A program made the translations under genes and the position numbers. From NCBI GenBank assembly GCA_964016885.1, contig OZ024744.1, forward strand, positions 51,398,001-51,462,000: a stretch of DNA of 64,000 nucleotides, written 5' to 3'. Under the pieces are notes generated by a model, which had not been told where the DNA came from, searched no databases, and saw only the letters and a list, made by a program, of their open reading frames with translations. Numbering within the stretch: position 1 is the stretch's first letter; each line of letters begins with the position of its first letter. This stretch comes from Eledone cirrhosa (taxonomy: Eukaryota). Positions 1-10,900 of this stretch are shown one piece after another.

Positions 1-123
1 CTTTAACAAACAAATGAATAAGAACAATGTAGATTAAGATAAAGTGAAAATTCTATGGTGCGTGTGTTTCTCTCTATTGGCAATATTCGCAACATGACCA
101 TCCCAAAATATAACAATATATAT

Positions 124-179
<56 letters not shown>

Positions 180-451
180 GTACATACACAAGCATACGCG
201 AAAACAAATAATAAATCTGATATATATATATGTATGTGTGTGTATATGTATGTGTGTATGGATGTATGTATTATGTATTTTTATATGTATGTATGTTTAT
301 ATGTATGTAACCGTCTGGCAAGGACGGTGAGATGGACCTGTATTATCGAGATCAATAATATGGAATTACATAACTACTATCGATTAGACACTATATCGAT
401 TCATCATGGTCAATCAACCTTCTCAAACGATCGTAAAACAATGAACTGATT

Positions 452-509
<58 letters not shown>

Positions 510-516
<7 letters not shown>

Positions 517-1128
517 ATACTTTGGGAGGGTCATGTTGCCAATAAGAAACACACGCACCAGTTGCTTTCACTTCAATTTATTATATATTTATAAATTTCT
601 GGTTGGTTGGTTGGTTCCACAACCAGATAGTTGTTTATATATAGTCATAGTTCTTTTGTCACACACTCTGTGACCTCTTCAGTGACTGAGGATTCCTTTC
701 TTTGTTTCTGTGCCTCTCCTTTGTTCTGTCCTACGCCATTTTGTTTCTGTGTGTGTGTTGTGTGCTCAGTCTGCGCATGCGCCACATCCGGGTGTCTGTG
801 TGTGTTTATGTTCATTTATTTATTTGTTTATTTACATGTTACTGGTTGGTTGTTTGTTCTATGTGTGTGTGTGTTTTCATTTTGTCCTTAATTGTAAGTT
901 GTGATGTTGCTGTTCCACTCATATTTTCTATTTAATTTTGGTTGTAATTCTTTTATGTTTATTGCCTCTGTAATTTGTCTAAACATTGCGTCTTTTCTGT
1001 GTGTAGATTCTATTTTTATTTCTATGTTCTCTAATTTACCCTTGTGTGACCCTCCCAAAGTATAACAATATCGGTTTCAACACACGATTTCAGATAAAGA
1101 ATCTTGCTAAACAAATTCAGAAACGAAA
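510..1128 (-). mobile_element. Penelope-like element (PLE) 3' fragment with inverted terminus, between (TA)n tracts
   Basis: Minus strand ~895-1048 reads HKGKLENIEIKIESTHRKDAMFRQITEAINIKELQPKLNRKYEW, matching the R-x-I-x-EA-x-x-I...P-x-LN C-terminus of PLE GIY-YIG endonucleases. The ends atattgttatactttgggagggtca (~510) and tgaccctcccaaagtataacaatat (~1047) are inverted. There is a hammerhead-like motif at 643-687 and a related copy at 44700-45320. Confidence 0.75.
643..687 (-). ncRNA. Hammerhead ribozyme-like motif, core G12 mutated
   Basis: Minus strand AGTCA-CTGAAGA-G-GTCACA-gagtg-TGTGAC-AAAA-GAAC-TA-TGACT. Stems I and II are perfect, but GAAA reads AAAA. Confidence 0.6.
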
Positions 1129-1382
1129 TATATATATATATATATATATAAATGGAAAAAATGAAATTTCATTTCTCACTCTTAGTATGGCTGATACTTA
1201 AATATAAGTATGTATACGTACATACATATATGTATACAGACGTACAGTAGTATATATATACATAAATCCATGCACACATATATATATATATATATGTTCG
1301 TATTGGTTTACCGAACATTTATTATAATGTTCGATTTGTTTGTAAATAAACAGCCCGAATTAAGCCGTACAGTGTTCGGCAA

Positions 1383-1432
<50 letters not shown>

Positions 1433-1440
<8 letters not shown>

Positions 1441-2510
1441 ATAAATTAACGAAGCCATAGACTCTCGTTATTCCCTGTCAATAATGTGCTCAAAAGAAAA
1501 GAAATCCCGAGCTCTTTAAAATACAATATGTTGAAAAGGTAACACATTAGAGAGAGATAGTACGCCATCAATAAAACAGAGAAAACCACCAGTTCAGTGG
1601 CGAAGGGTAACCTGGAAAGCAGGGCATGCAGTCCAATCGCCATGGCGTAAAGTGGGGCTGTGCAGCCTTAACCCCCCCCCCCCCCCCCAATTCCCTCTAA
1701 ATGACCCACCGGTCAAAGCCGCATGTAGTGTTATCTAGTGAGTGTGTGTGTGTGTGTGTTTTCTTTTTATGTGTCTACGATTTAGAAAGCAGTCAAAATT
1801 CTGCTTGCCCCAAAGCTGTCGCGTGTTTGTGTGTATGTGTGTGTGTGTGTTATCTTTTTGTGTCTATACGTTTTAGTAAGAAGCCAAAATTCTGCTTGCT
1901 TCAACCGACGTAATTGATCAACTCAAAATTCTATAACGCATGCACTGCATGCGTTGCATGCACGGACCCTTCGCCCCTGCACCAGTGTATGGAATCTATA
2001 ATCTATGGAAGGCAGGGTAGACACACAATAATTAAAAATATAAATTAAAATGTATATACGCACCTCTATAACTATATAACACATGCGTACAAATCCAAAG
2101 AGATCTGTTTCGCCAGGTGGTAGTTGACTGAAATGGAAGAACATATGGCTCATCAGGGCATGTAAAACTATACATTCCAGACAACACTAAGAGAATCTAA
2201 AGTGACCATCCAGCTACACGCGGCAGAGAGATGTCACAGCGTGTTTAGGGCAGTGAGCCAGTGGTATCTGAGGGACGAGATGCTAGAAAGAGCAGCCCAA
2301 AAACCCACTCAAAGAAGTGTGCTCAACCAAACAGAGAGAGAGGAAAGACTGTAATAAGGAGCGAAATATCACGATAAATTAACGGAGCCATAGACTCTCG
2401 TTATTCCCTGTCAATAATGTGCTCAAAGGAAAATGGATCCTGAGCTCTTTTGATGGCACACTAACTCTCTATAGTGTGTTACCTATATTTTCTAAGGCCA
2501 TCTTCGGATT
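1433..2510 (-). repeat. Direct-repeat pair (~62 bp at 1433 and 2366) with a degenerate hammerhead; probable PLE pseudo-LTR remnants
   Basis: atatcacgataaattaacg.agccatagactctcgttattccctgtcaataatgtgctcaaa occurs twice. Minus strand 2436-2510 reads atc-CGAAGA-TGGC...GCCA-tc-AAAA-gagc-TC-aggat. Confidence 0.4.
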
Positions 2511-2624
2511 TACCATTTTGCTCTGAGGCATATAACTGTCACAGGTTTATTAATATGCATTATTGGTGCGTCACAGATTGAGAAGGAGAGTAACCATAGT
2601 ACTAGGAGTGTGACTTCTTCTTCT

Positions 2625-2790
2625 TCTTCTTGGGAGTGTCGTGAGGGGGGTGGGTGCAGTGACCCTAAAACACTCCTTCCAGCAGCAACCGCCTCCAACT
2701 GATCCGGCTGGATCCTCAAGCGCGACCAGCCAAGCTCATGGATGTTATCCAACCATCTTGCTCGGGGTCTACCCCCTGGTTCTCCTGCCG
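2625..2790 (-). mobile_element. RTE-type LINE 3' end fragment with (GAA)n tail
   Basis: Minus strand encodes a GR..RGRPRARW.DNI-type C-terminus followed by a gaagaagaagaa tail. Confidence 0.55.
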
Positions 2791-2960
2791 GTTAGTTTTG
2801 ACCGTAAAATCTCTCCACCGATTCTTTCACTGATGTATATTACAATTCCACCATGAGTTATTTCTCTCTTGTCAGTATGAAATAGAAAATACTTTGGTAC
2901 ATGTATTTCTGAATCGGCTATACTAACTGTTAGGTGTGTTTCAGATAGTGTCATGCATAT
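2791..2960 (-). pseudogene. AP-endonuclease fragment of a CR1/Jockey-like LINE
   Basis: LSETHL...IHVPKYFLFHTDK...GGIVIYI matches the APE N-terminal motifs. Confidence 0.55.
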
Positions 2961-3035
2961 TGGTTGACTACGTATAGCTAGGTTTTATATATGATACTAA
3001 CTTATAGCAGTTCGCTTATCTCCATAGTTTAAAAT

Positions 3036-3495
3036 AATTGTTTCTACATTTGGCACAAGACCAGCAATTACCCAGGGCATTACTGGTACTTTATTTTATC
3101 GACCCCGTAAGGATGAAAGACAAAGGTGACCTCGGCAGGAATTGAACTCAGACTGTAAAGGGCCGTAACTCTATGCTACAAAGTATGGCGTCCGACCTTC
3201 TACCGATACTTAAAATAATGAAAAATAAGTATTCTTTATATTACAAAGCCAACGATCTTTGGCAAAATACATGAGAAATATTAGACATTGTGAATTGGCA
3301 GTATCGGTAGAGGGTTGGACGCCATGCTTTGTAGCATAGAGTTACGTCCCTTTACAGTCTGAGTTCAAATCCCGCCGAGGTTAACTTTGCCTTTCATCCT
3401 TACGGGGTCGATAAAATAAAGTACCAGTAATGCACTAGGTAATTGCTGGTCTTGTGCCAATTGCTGGCCTTGTGCCTAAAGTAGAAACAATTATT
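3036..3495. mobile_element. Two divergently oriented tRNA-derived SINEs (- 3036-3208; + 3290-3495)
   Basis: B-box-like GAGTTCAAATCCCGCC, central GCCTTTCATCCTTACGGGGTCGATAAAATAAAGTACCAG (resembles the Meta/MESC SINE domain), tail GCTGGCCTTGTGCCTAAAGTAGAAACAATTATT. Confidence 0.85.
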
Positions 3496-3570
3496 TATGT
3501 TGACGAGACATTGGACGTTTCACAGGCGGTGGGGATGTTGGTATCTACCTATCTATCTATCTATCTATCT

Positions 3571-4300
3571 ACAAAACGTGTTCCTGGTGTTGAGGATTGT
3601 TCTATTCACGGGGTGTAAAACAACCCCGCAGTAGCGTTACCCCGCCTAATGGGGATTTCATTTGTTTTATTTTTATATAGTTTATTGTTAAAGATTTTAT
3701 GTAAAACCCCCGTCACGTCTTGTAATGTTCCATTTTTGTGCGCCCCTGTGGTAAATAAAGAAAGATATCTATCTATCTTCCAGTAATCGGGGCCCTGTCT
3801 ATGAGTTCTGTCAAGGTTGACCATGCAGGTCACTAATTTGTGGTCTGAATAGCCAACCATGCGCATTTTTGGACAACTTAAAAAGTCCTTATCCTTAATT
3901 CTAACTAAGAACCTATCTATCTATCTATCTATCTAAAACAAACAATTTCAACAATCGAAATCCCCAATAGGGGGGAGGCGCCACAAATGGGTTGTTTAAT
4001 ACCCCATCGATAGAACAACCCTCAACTCAAGGAGCGTGTTGTGCAAGTGCTCCTTTCTTCCTTTTGCTCTCTTCCTCAACCTACAGGCTTATAAACAGAG
4101 AAGGCCCAATCACTCGGACCATTTTCGCTTCATTCACCCACCTTTCAGTAAATTTACTGGGGTGCAGTGCCTCTCTCTCCACCCTGATTCTCCTTATATA
4201 AGTGATACTTATATTTTTTACACGACTGTATGTAAAATCCCCGGCATGTCTTTGTATTGTCCCCTTTCTTGTTGCGCCCTTGTGGCTAATAAAGAAATCT
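3571..4300. mobile_element. Three short Tx1-family fragments separated by (TATC)n
   Basis: 3571-3765 is a sense 3'UTR. 3778-3915 is an antisense copy of ORF2 ~8588-8728 (VGYSDHKLVTC). 3935-4194 is an antisense ORF2 end/3'UTR joined to a sense 3' tip at 4195-4300. Confidence 0.8.
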
Positions 4301-4321
4301 ATCTATCTATCTATCTATCTA

Positions 4322-6250
4322 GTTCGATAGGGTCGACCATGGTTACCTGGATGCGGTGCTAGCGGCGGCAGGCTTCGGACCCGTTTTCAGGGGCTGGATC
4401 ACTGCTATGCACAGCAGCCGCATCTGCTCTAGGGTCAAGGTGAACGGCTACCTCTCGGAGCCGTTCAAAATCGCGCGGTCCATCCGACAAGGGTGCCCTC
4501 TCTCCTCCCTTCTGTATGTGTTGACTCTAGAGCCACTACTGCGGAAGTTGGAGTTGTTGCAGGGCATCCCTTTGGAACCGGGATTGCGGAAAGCGGTGTC
4601 GGCCTACGCCGATGACGTGACAGTAATGGTGTCGACGGCCTCCGAAATCGAGGCGGTCGGCACCTTACTGGAGGAGTACGAAAAGTTCACAGGGGCTAAG
4701 CTGAACCGGGACAAGTCGATCGGTTTGCAACTCGGCACGTGGAGGGGCAGACCGATGCCCTCCGATGGCGTCGTCGGACGCTGGACAGAGGGCCCGGTGA
4801 AGTTGCTCGGGGTCTGGTTCGGACCGGACCTCCAGGTGGAGAAAAACTGGGCGGAGGTTACGAACAGGGTGTTTGCACTGACCCAGAAGTGGGCCAGTTG
4901 CAAACTATCCCTGAAAGGTCGGGCGGAGGTGGCGAACACCTACATAGCGTCCGTCATCTACTACCGCCTGACCGTAGTGCCCTGCCCAAGGGAAACCCTC
5001 ACCAAGATGGAGCGCGCGCTCTTCCAATTCCTTTGGAAGAGGCGGGCTCCTATGGTGAGGAGATCCATCTGCTGTCAACACCCTTCGAAAGGAGGGCTGG
5101 GGATGCCGTGGCTAATGATGCGTAAACACGCATTAAGGCTACGGCACCTCTACGTATTCCTCACCGGACAACCGGTGTGGGCCTCGTTTGTGAGACGAAC
5201 CTTTCCCAGACTCGTCTCACTCACCGAGCTGCAATCCTGGGTCAAGCAAAGACCGAGAAAACTGGGCGCCTGGCACACTGAGTGTGCCCAGGCGCTCACC
5301 GCCCTCTGGCAGGCGGATCCGGTTATCAGTGGAGACTCCACCGCAACATTCTATAGAGGGCTGGTACGCAGCAGGTGCGACGACGCCCTCGGAGAAGCCC
5401 TAGACATGGAGGAGGACGAACTGGCCAGCCTGTTCGGTAGGACATTCAGCCCGGGACCTATGGACAACTTCCAGAAGTCCCTGGCCTGGCAGTGCTACCG
5501 AGGGGCTTTACCCGTTCGAGAAAGGCTCTACAGACACGGGCGCCCGGGTAGGGACCCCGCCAAAAAGATCTGTCCCAGATGCGTGTGCGACGAGGAAACC
5601 GTTGCACACGCATTGGTACACTGCTCGGGCGTAGCCGATCTGTGGGGCTATGTCGAACAACTGCTGTCAAGGGTGGGACCGATCCGGTTGACCACCGAGT
5701 CTATTGTAATGATCAAGCCGCCTCCCCCCTTCAAAGATGATGCAGAGGCGGTGTTTCTGTGCGTAATAGCCATGGCGAAAGAGGTTGTATGGTGGACGCG
5801 TCTGAAAGGACTGAGGTCAGGCACCTTTCTCTCTGGCCAACAACTGGTCCGTTTCTTCCGATATCATTTCGGAAGAAGGATCAGGATGGAGAGAGAGGTG
5901 CTGCACCCCAGCCGTTTCTATGAAAGATGGGTGAAAGTGGCGAGAATGGCCCGTGTGAATGGGCCTTCACTCTACATCAGACTATAGGTGAGGAAGATGA
6001 AAGACCAAGGGAGCACCCCTTCTCTGTGCTCCTGAGGAGAAGGGTTGCACACTTTTTTCGGGGGTGTGTGCGACCCCCCAAGGCGCCTCCTCTCTATTGA
6101 GGATTTTGTTAAAAATTTTATTTTTTGTTATATCTTATTTTATTTTTATATTTTGTTATTGCCTCCTCCTTATTGAGGACGCCTTTTTGTGTAAACTCCC
6201 CCCTTTGTACTTGTCCCACTTTTGATGCCCTAGTGGCAAATAAAAGAAAC
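4322..6250 (+). mobile_element. 5'-truncated Tx1 (L1-clade) retrotransposon copy
   Basis: Near-identical to ~9758-11686. Starts directly after (TATC)n. Has RT motifs QGCPLS and YADD and the C-terminal CPRC...H...C. The 3'UTR ends AATAAAAGAAAC, followed by (TATC)n. Confidence 0.95.
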
Positions 6251-6251
6251 A

Positions 6252-6303
<52 letters not shown>

Positions 6304-6332
6304 CACCTGTTAACCGACAACTTGACGTTACC

Positions 6333-7961
6333 ATGGCAACAACCCAAAGAACCAACAGCAACAACAACAACAATGCGACGGTAGAAAACAACACCAATAA
6401 CAATAACAATAACAACAACAAGACCAATAACGGTGACAACAACAACAATGATAACAACAACACCACCAACGACAACAACAACACAAACAAACAAAATTTC
6501 TCCTTCGCCGAGACGACAAGGAAAACCCTCGACTATCTGCCAGTAGATATAACAAAAGCGAAGGAGCTACTGGCGGATGCGAAAAAATATATAGTGTACG
6601 GGGAAAATGGTTCATTCACAATCCATTCCCCCCCGGAACTAAAAAGCCAGAGACTCCTAAACACGGTCATGTTTAGGACAATCTCGAACAAAAGTAAAAA
6701 ACCAGCTCAACCATCACAGAGCGAGATAGAGCTGGTTTTAAAAGACGTCATGAAGGACATCACCTTCATTCAGAAGGATAGACTCTACGGGAGTCTATCC
6801 ATTCTCATGAAGGACAGGGACACAGCAGTGAAACTGTCCATCAAACCAATCACATCCACCGCATACACCTTCTACCCTACGTACATGGGTAGAAGAACAC
6901 AAAAAATAAAAATCCACACCATCCTGCCGATTATGGACATATGGTGGGTTTTGACAGGTTTTCTGGACCTGGAGGATGACATGCTGGTGTCCATGGGAAA
7001 GGCATCGGGTGACGCGTTCAGTGGAACGAGCCTCGAACTTGTAGTTCAAATGAGGCCCGAAAGGATCGCCCAGATCCCTGAACGCGTCATACTGGATGAT
7101 CTAACCTTCATCAACATTACCGTTGAGGGTAGACGGCCCTCGTGTTACCTCTGCGGAACCAGAGGTCACCTGAGGGCTGTCTGTCCCCAACTTAATAAGA
7201 AAACCCCAATCCTGCCTACACCACCAACAACTGCACAACCAACACAATCACCACAACAACCACTACAAAAACAACCACCACAGCTCAAACCAAAACAAAA
7301 CAATGTCCAACCCATCCCCTCCACTCAAAAAACAAAAACAATTTCCAAAACACCCGTACCGCAAACACAACCCGAAAATATACCCCTCCCCTCCAACGCG
7401 GAAGATGACCCTAGTTCGTCGTCAGACGAGGAGGAGCACTTCCACACAATCAAAAGAAAAAAAAGAAAACACACCTCAGACACACAAATGAAAAAAACCC
7501 CTCCCCAAAACATAACACTGACACCAACACAAAAGAGCTCACAACAGCAAACAAAAAACACCACACAAAAACAAAAACATGCATACACATACATAAATAC
7601 AAGAAACAAAAAACTGTTAAACATTGTGTACAACAACAATCTAATAAAAACACAAGGGCCTAACTTCACCCAGGCAGGGGATTTCCCCCACCTCAAAATG
7701 ATTAAGGCCCCACAGGACACCTATAAAACTTTAAAAAACAATTTTAAAGAGGACGTGGGTCCCCCCTGCGTCGGGCCCATTAACCGAGTCCTCCTAAAAA
7801 ACTATCCCACCCCCTCCCCAAACACCCTCACAACTCCAAGCTCCCCAACCACACAACACACTGATGCCCCCACACTTCCACAAACCACCACCCCACCCAA
7901 CAACCCATCCCCCACCCTAATGGAAATTGTGCAGCCCGATACCCGGGACGCAGAGAGGTAA
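6333..7961 (+). CDS. Tx1 ORF1p (gag-like nucleic-acid-binding protein)
   Basis: 542 aa with a CCHC knuckle CYLCGTRGHLRAVC, an Asn-rich N-terminus, a basic KRKKRK motif and P/Q/T-rich low-complexity segments. Confidence 0.9.
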   Translation: MATTQRTNSNNNNNATVENNTNNNNNNNNKTNNGDNNNNDNNNTTNDNNNTNKQNFSFAETTRKTLDYLPVDITKAKELLADAKKYIVYGENGSFTIHSPPELKSQRLLNTVMFRTISNKSKKPAQPSQSEIELVLKDVMKDITFIQKDRLYGSLSILMKDRDTAVKLSIKPITSTAYTFYPTYMGRRTQKIKIHTILPIMDIWWVLTGFLDLEDDMLVSMGKASGDAFSGTSLELVVQMRPERIAQIPERVILDDLTFINITVEGRRPSCYLCGTRGHLRAVCPQLNKKTPILPTPPTTAQPTQSPQQPLQKQPPQLKPKQNNVQPIPSTQKTKTISKTPVPQTQPENIPLPSNAEDDPSSSSDEEEHFHTIKRKKRKHTSDTQMKKTPPQNITLTPTQKSSQQQTKNTTQKQKHAYTYINTRNKKLLNIVYNNNLIKTQGPNFTQAGDFPHLKMIKAPQDTYKTLKNNFKEDVGPPCVGPINRVLLKNYPTPSPNTLTTPSSPTTQHTDAPTLPQTTTPPNNPSPTLMEIVQPDTRDAER

Positions 7962-7985
7962 GTGCCTTTTCTCTTCACCACCAAC

Positions 7986-10900
7986 ATGGCTATGCTAAGA
8001 GTAGGCTGTTTAAATGCGCGTGGCCTGGGCTCAACTTGGAAGCAAGCAATGCTTCTAAATGACCTCAGGTCACAACGTATAGATGTGATGGTTATTTGCG
8101 AGGCCCGGATCAGCAACGTGCGACAGCTGGCCCCCACCTTTGATGACTTTGAGATGCACGCATCTCTCTGTCAGCCTGGAGGTGGGGGTGGAGTTGTCGT
8201 TCTGCTGCAAAAACATCTGGGTCTCGCAACACAGATGGTACATTTGGACCCGGAGGGTCGACTAGTGGTTCTGGACCTTGGCAGTGGTAAAGGCGGAGCG
8301 TTTAGGTTGGTAGCCGCCTACGGCCCTTTCGGGTCAATGCGGCCGGACTTCTTCCATCGTCTGGAGACTTTTCTAGGGACGTCCCGCTCCTTGCTATTAG
8401 TGGGGGACTGGAATGGTATCCTAGATGCACGTTGGGACTACGTAGGGGCCTGCCCCGATAGAGAGGGGTGTAATAGCCTCAAAGGGTTAATCGGTCGATT
8501 TGACCTGGCCGATAGATATCGACTAGATTTTCCGACTGCGCCAACCTGGACTTGGGCAAATCGTAGCGGATCATCTAGGTCGTACCTAGATAGGTTCTTA
8601 GTTAGAATTAAGGATAAGGACTTTTTAAGTTGTCCAAAAATGCGCATTGTTGGCTATTCAGACCACAAATTAGTGACCTGCATGGTCAACCTTGACAGAA
8701 CTCATAGACAGGGCCCCGGTTACTGGAAGCTCAACTTGTCCTTGCCGGCAAGTAGAGCCTACAGGAATCGGATTAGTACGTTAGTTAAGGAACGGTTGAC
8801 TGGAGCGATCGTCAACAGCAGGTGGTGGGTATCTCTAAAGAGAGAGATTAGAGTAGTCTCGATAGAATTTAGTAAGGTTCTAGCTGCGGATAGGAATAGG
8901 AAGGAAAGGGAGCTAATAGATAGAGTAGAAGAGGCAATTAGAAGCGGCGACGTGGCCAGAGTGCTAGCGTCGAGAACGGCTTTGAGCCAGTTTTTCGACG
9001 CGAAGCACGAAGGCTGCGTTGTCCGAAGTAAAATACGTGCTCTAGGGAACGAGGGGACCAAAGCTGTTAGCTGGGCCCGCGTGACAGAGGCCAACAGTGG
9101 AACTAAATCCACCATCCGGTCTTTGCGAGACCTGGATGGACGGGCGATTCTTGAGCCTAAGCAGATGTGTGAGGCCTTTCAAAGGCACTTTGCCCGACTG
9201 TTCGGGAGGGGCGGGGAGCCGGTTGGGAACGTGGACTTCGGTCCATACCTCGACGGCCTGCCGCGCCTCTCGGACAGGGAGGCGAAGTCCTGCGAGGAGC
9301 CGATTTCGGCCGCTGAGATAGAGGACGTGCTGAGCCAATGCGGCAAACGCAAATCCCCGGGTCTCGATGGTCTTCCTTACGAATTATATCTAGCTATGCC
9401 GGACTTGTTCCCCGATCTCCTCGAGGCGGTCTACTGCAACTGGCAACAGAACGGGAGAATTCCCTGTACTGTGACCAAGGGCGTAGTCACGCTAGTGAGG
9501 AAGGACGAGAACAAGGGGGACGAAATAAGTAACTTCAGGCCCATAACACTGCTAAATACAGAGTTACAGATTTTGGCCAAGGTGCTAGCAAAGAGGTTGG
9601 CGCTTGTCGTGGGCAACCTGGTGGGAGATGCGCAGACATGCGCTATCCCGTCCAGGTCCATCCATGACAACCTCCACCTCATGCGATACATCATAGAGAG
9701 GGTTGGGAACGAACCCGGCTTTGGTGGGGCTCTGATCAACTTGGATCAATCTAAGGCGTTCGATAGGGTCGACCATGGTTACCTGGATGCGGTGCTAGCG
9801 GCGGCAGGCTTCGGACCCGTTTTCAGGGGCTGGATCACTGCTATCCACAGCAGCCGCATCTGCTCTAGGGTCAAGGTGAACGGCTACCTCTCGGAGCCGT
9901 TCAAAATCGCGCGGTCCATCCGACAAGGGTGCCCTCTCTCCTCCCTTCTGTATGTATTGACTCTCGAGCCACTACTGCGGAAGTTGGAGTTGTTGCAGGG
10001 CATCCCTTTGGAACCGGGATTGCGGAAAGCGGTGTCGGCCTACGCCGATGACGTGACAGTAATGGTGTCGACGGCCTCCGAAATCGAGGCGGTCGGCACC
10101 TTACTGGAGGAGTACGAAAAGTTCACAGGGGCTAAGCTGAACCGGGACAAGTCGATCGGTTTGCAACTCGGCACGTGGAGGGGCAGACCGATGCCCTCCG
10201 ATAGCGTCGTCGGACGCTGGACGGAGGGCCCGGTGAAGTTGCTCGGGGTCTGGTTCGGACCGGACCTCCAGGTGGAGAAAAACTGGGCGGAGGTTACGAA
10301 CAGAGTGTTTGCACTGACCCAGAAGTGGACCAGTTGCAAACTATCCCTGAAAGGTCGGGCGGAGGTGGCGAACACCTACATAGCGTCCGTCATCTACTAC
10401 CGCCTGACCGTAGTGCCCTGCCCAAGGGAAACCCTCACCAAGATGGAGCGCGCGCTCTTCCAATTCCTTTGGAAGAGGCGGGCTCCTATGGTGAGGAGAT
10501 CCATCTGCTGTCAACACCCTTCGAAAGGAGGGCTGGGGATGCCGTGGCTAATGATGCGTAAACACGCATTAAGGCTACGGCACCTCTACGTATTCCTCAC
10601 CGGACAACCGGTGTGGGCCTCGTTTGTGAGACGAACCTTTCCCAGACTCGTCTCACTCACCGAGCTGCAATCCTGGGTCAAGCAAAGACCGAGAAAACTG
10701 GGCGCCTGGCACACTGAGTGTGCCCAGGCGCTCACCGCCCTCTGGCAGGCGGATCCGGTTATCAGTGGAGACTCCACCGCAACATTCTATAGAGGGCTGG
10801 TACGCAGCAGGTGCGACGACGCCCTCGGAGAAGCCCTAGACATGGAGGAGGACGAACTGGCCAGCCTTTTCGGTAGGACATTCAGCCCGGGACCTATGGA

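Noticed and set aside
3290-3380. tRNA genes
   Set aside because: The A/B-box-like motifs belong to SINE heads, and no cloverleaf can be formed.
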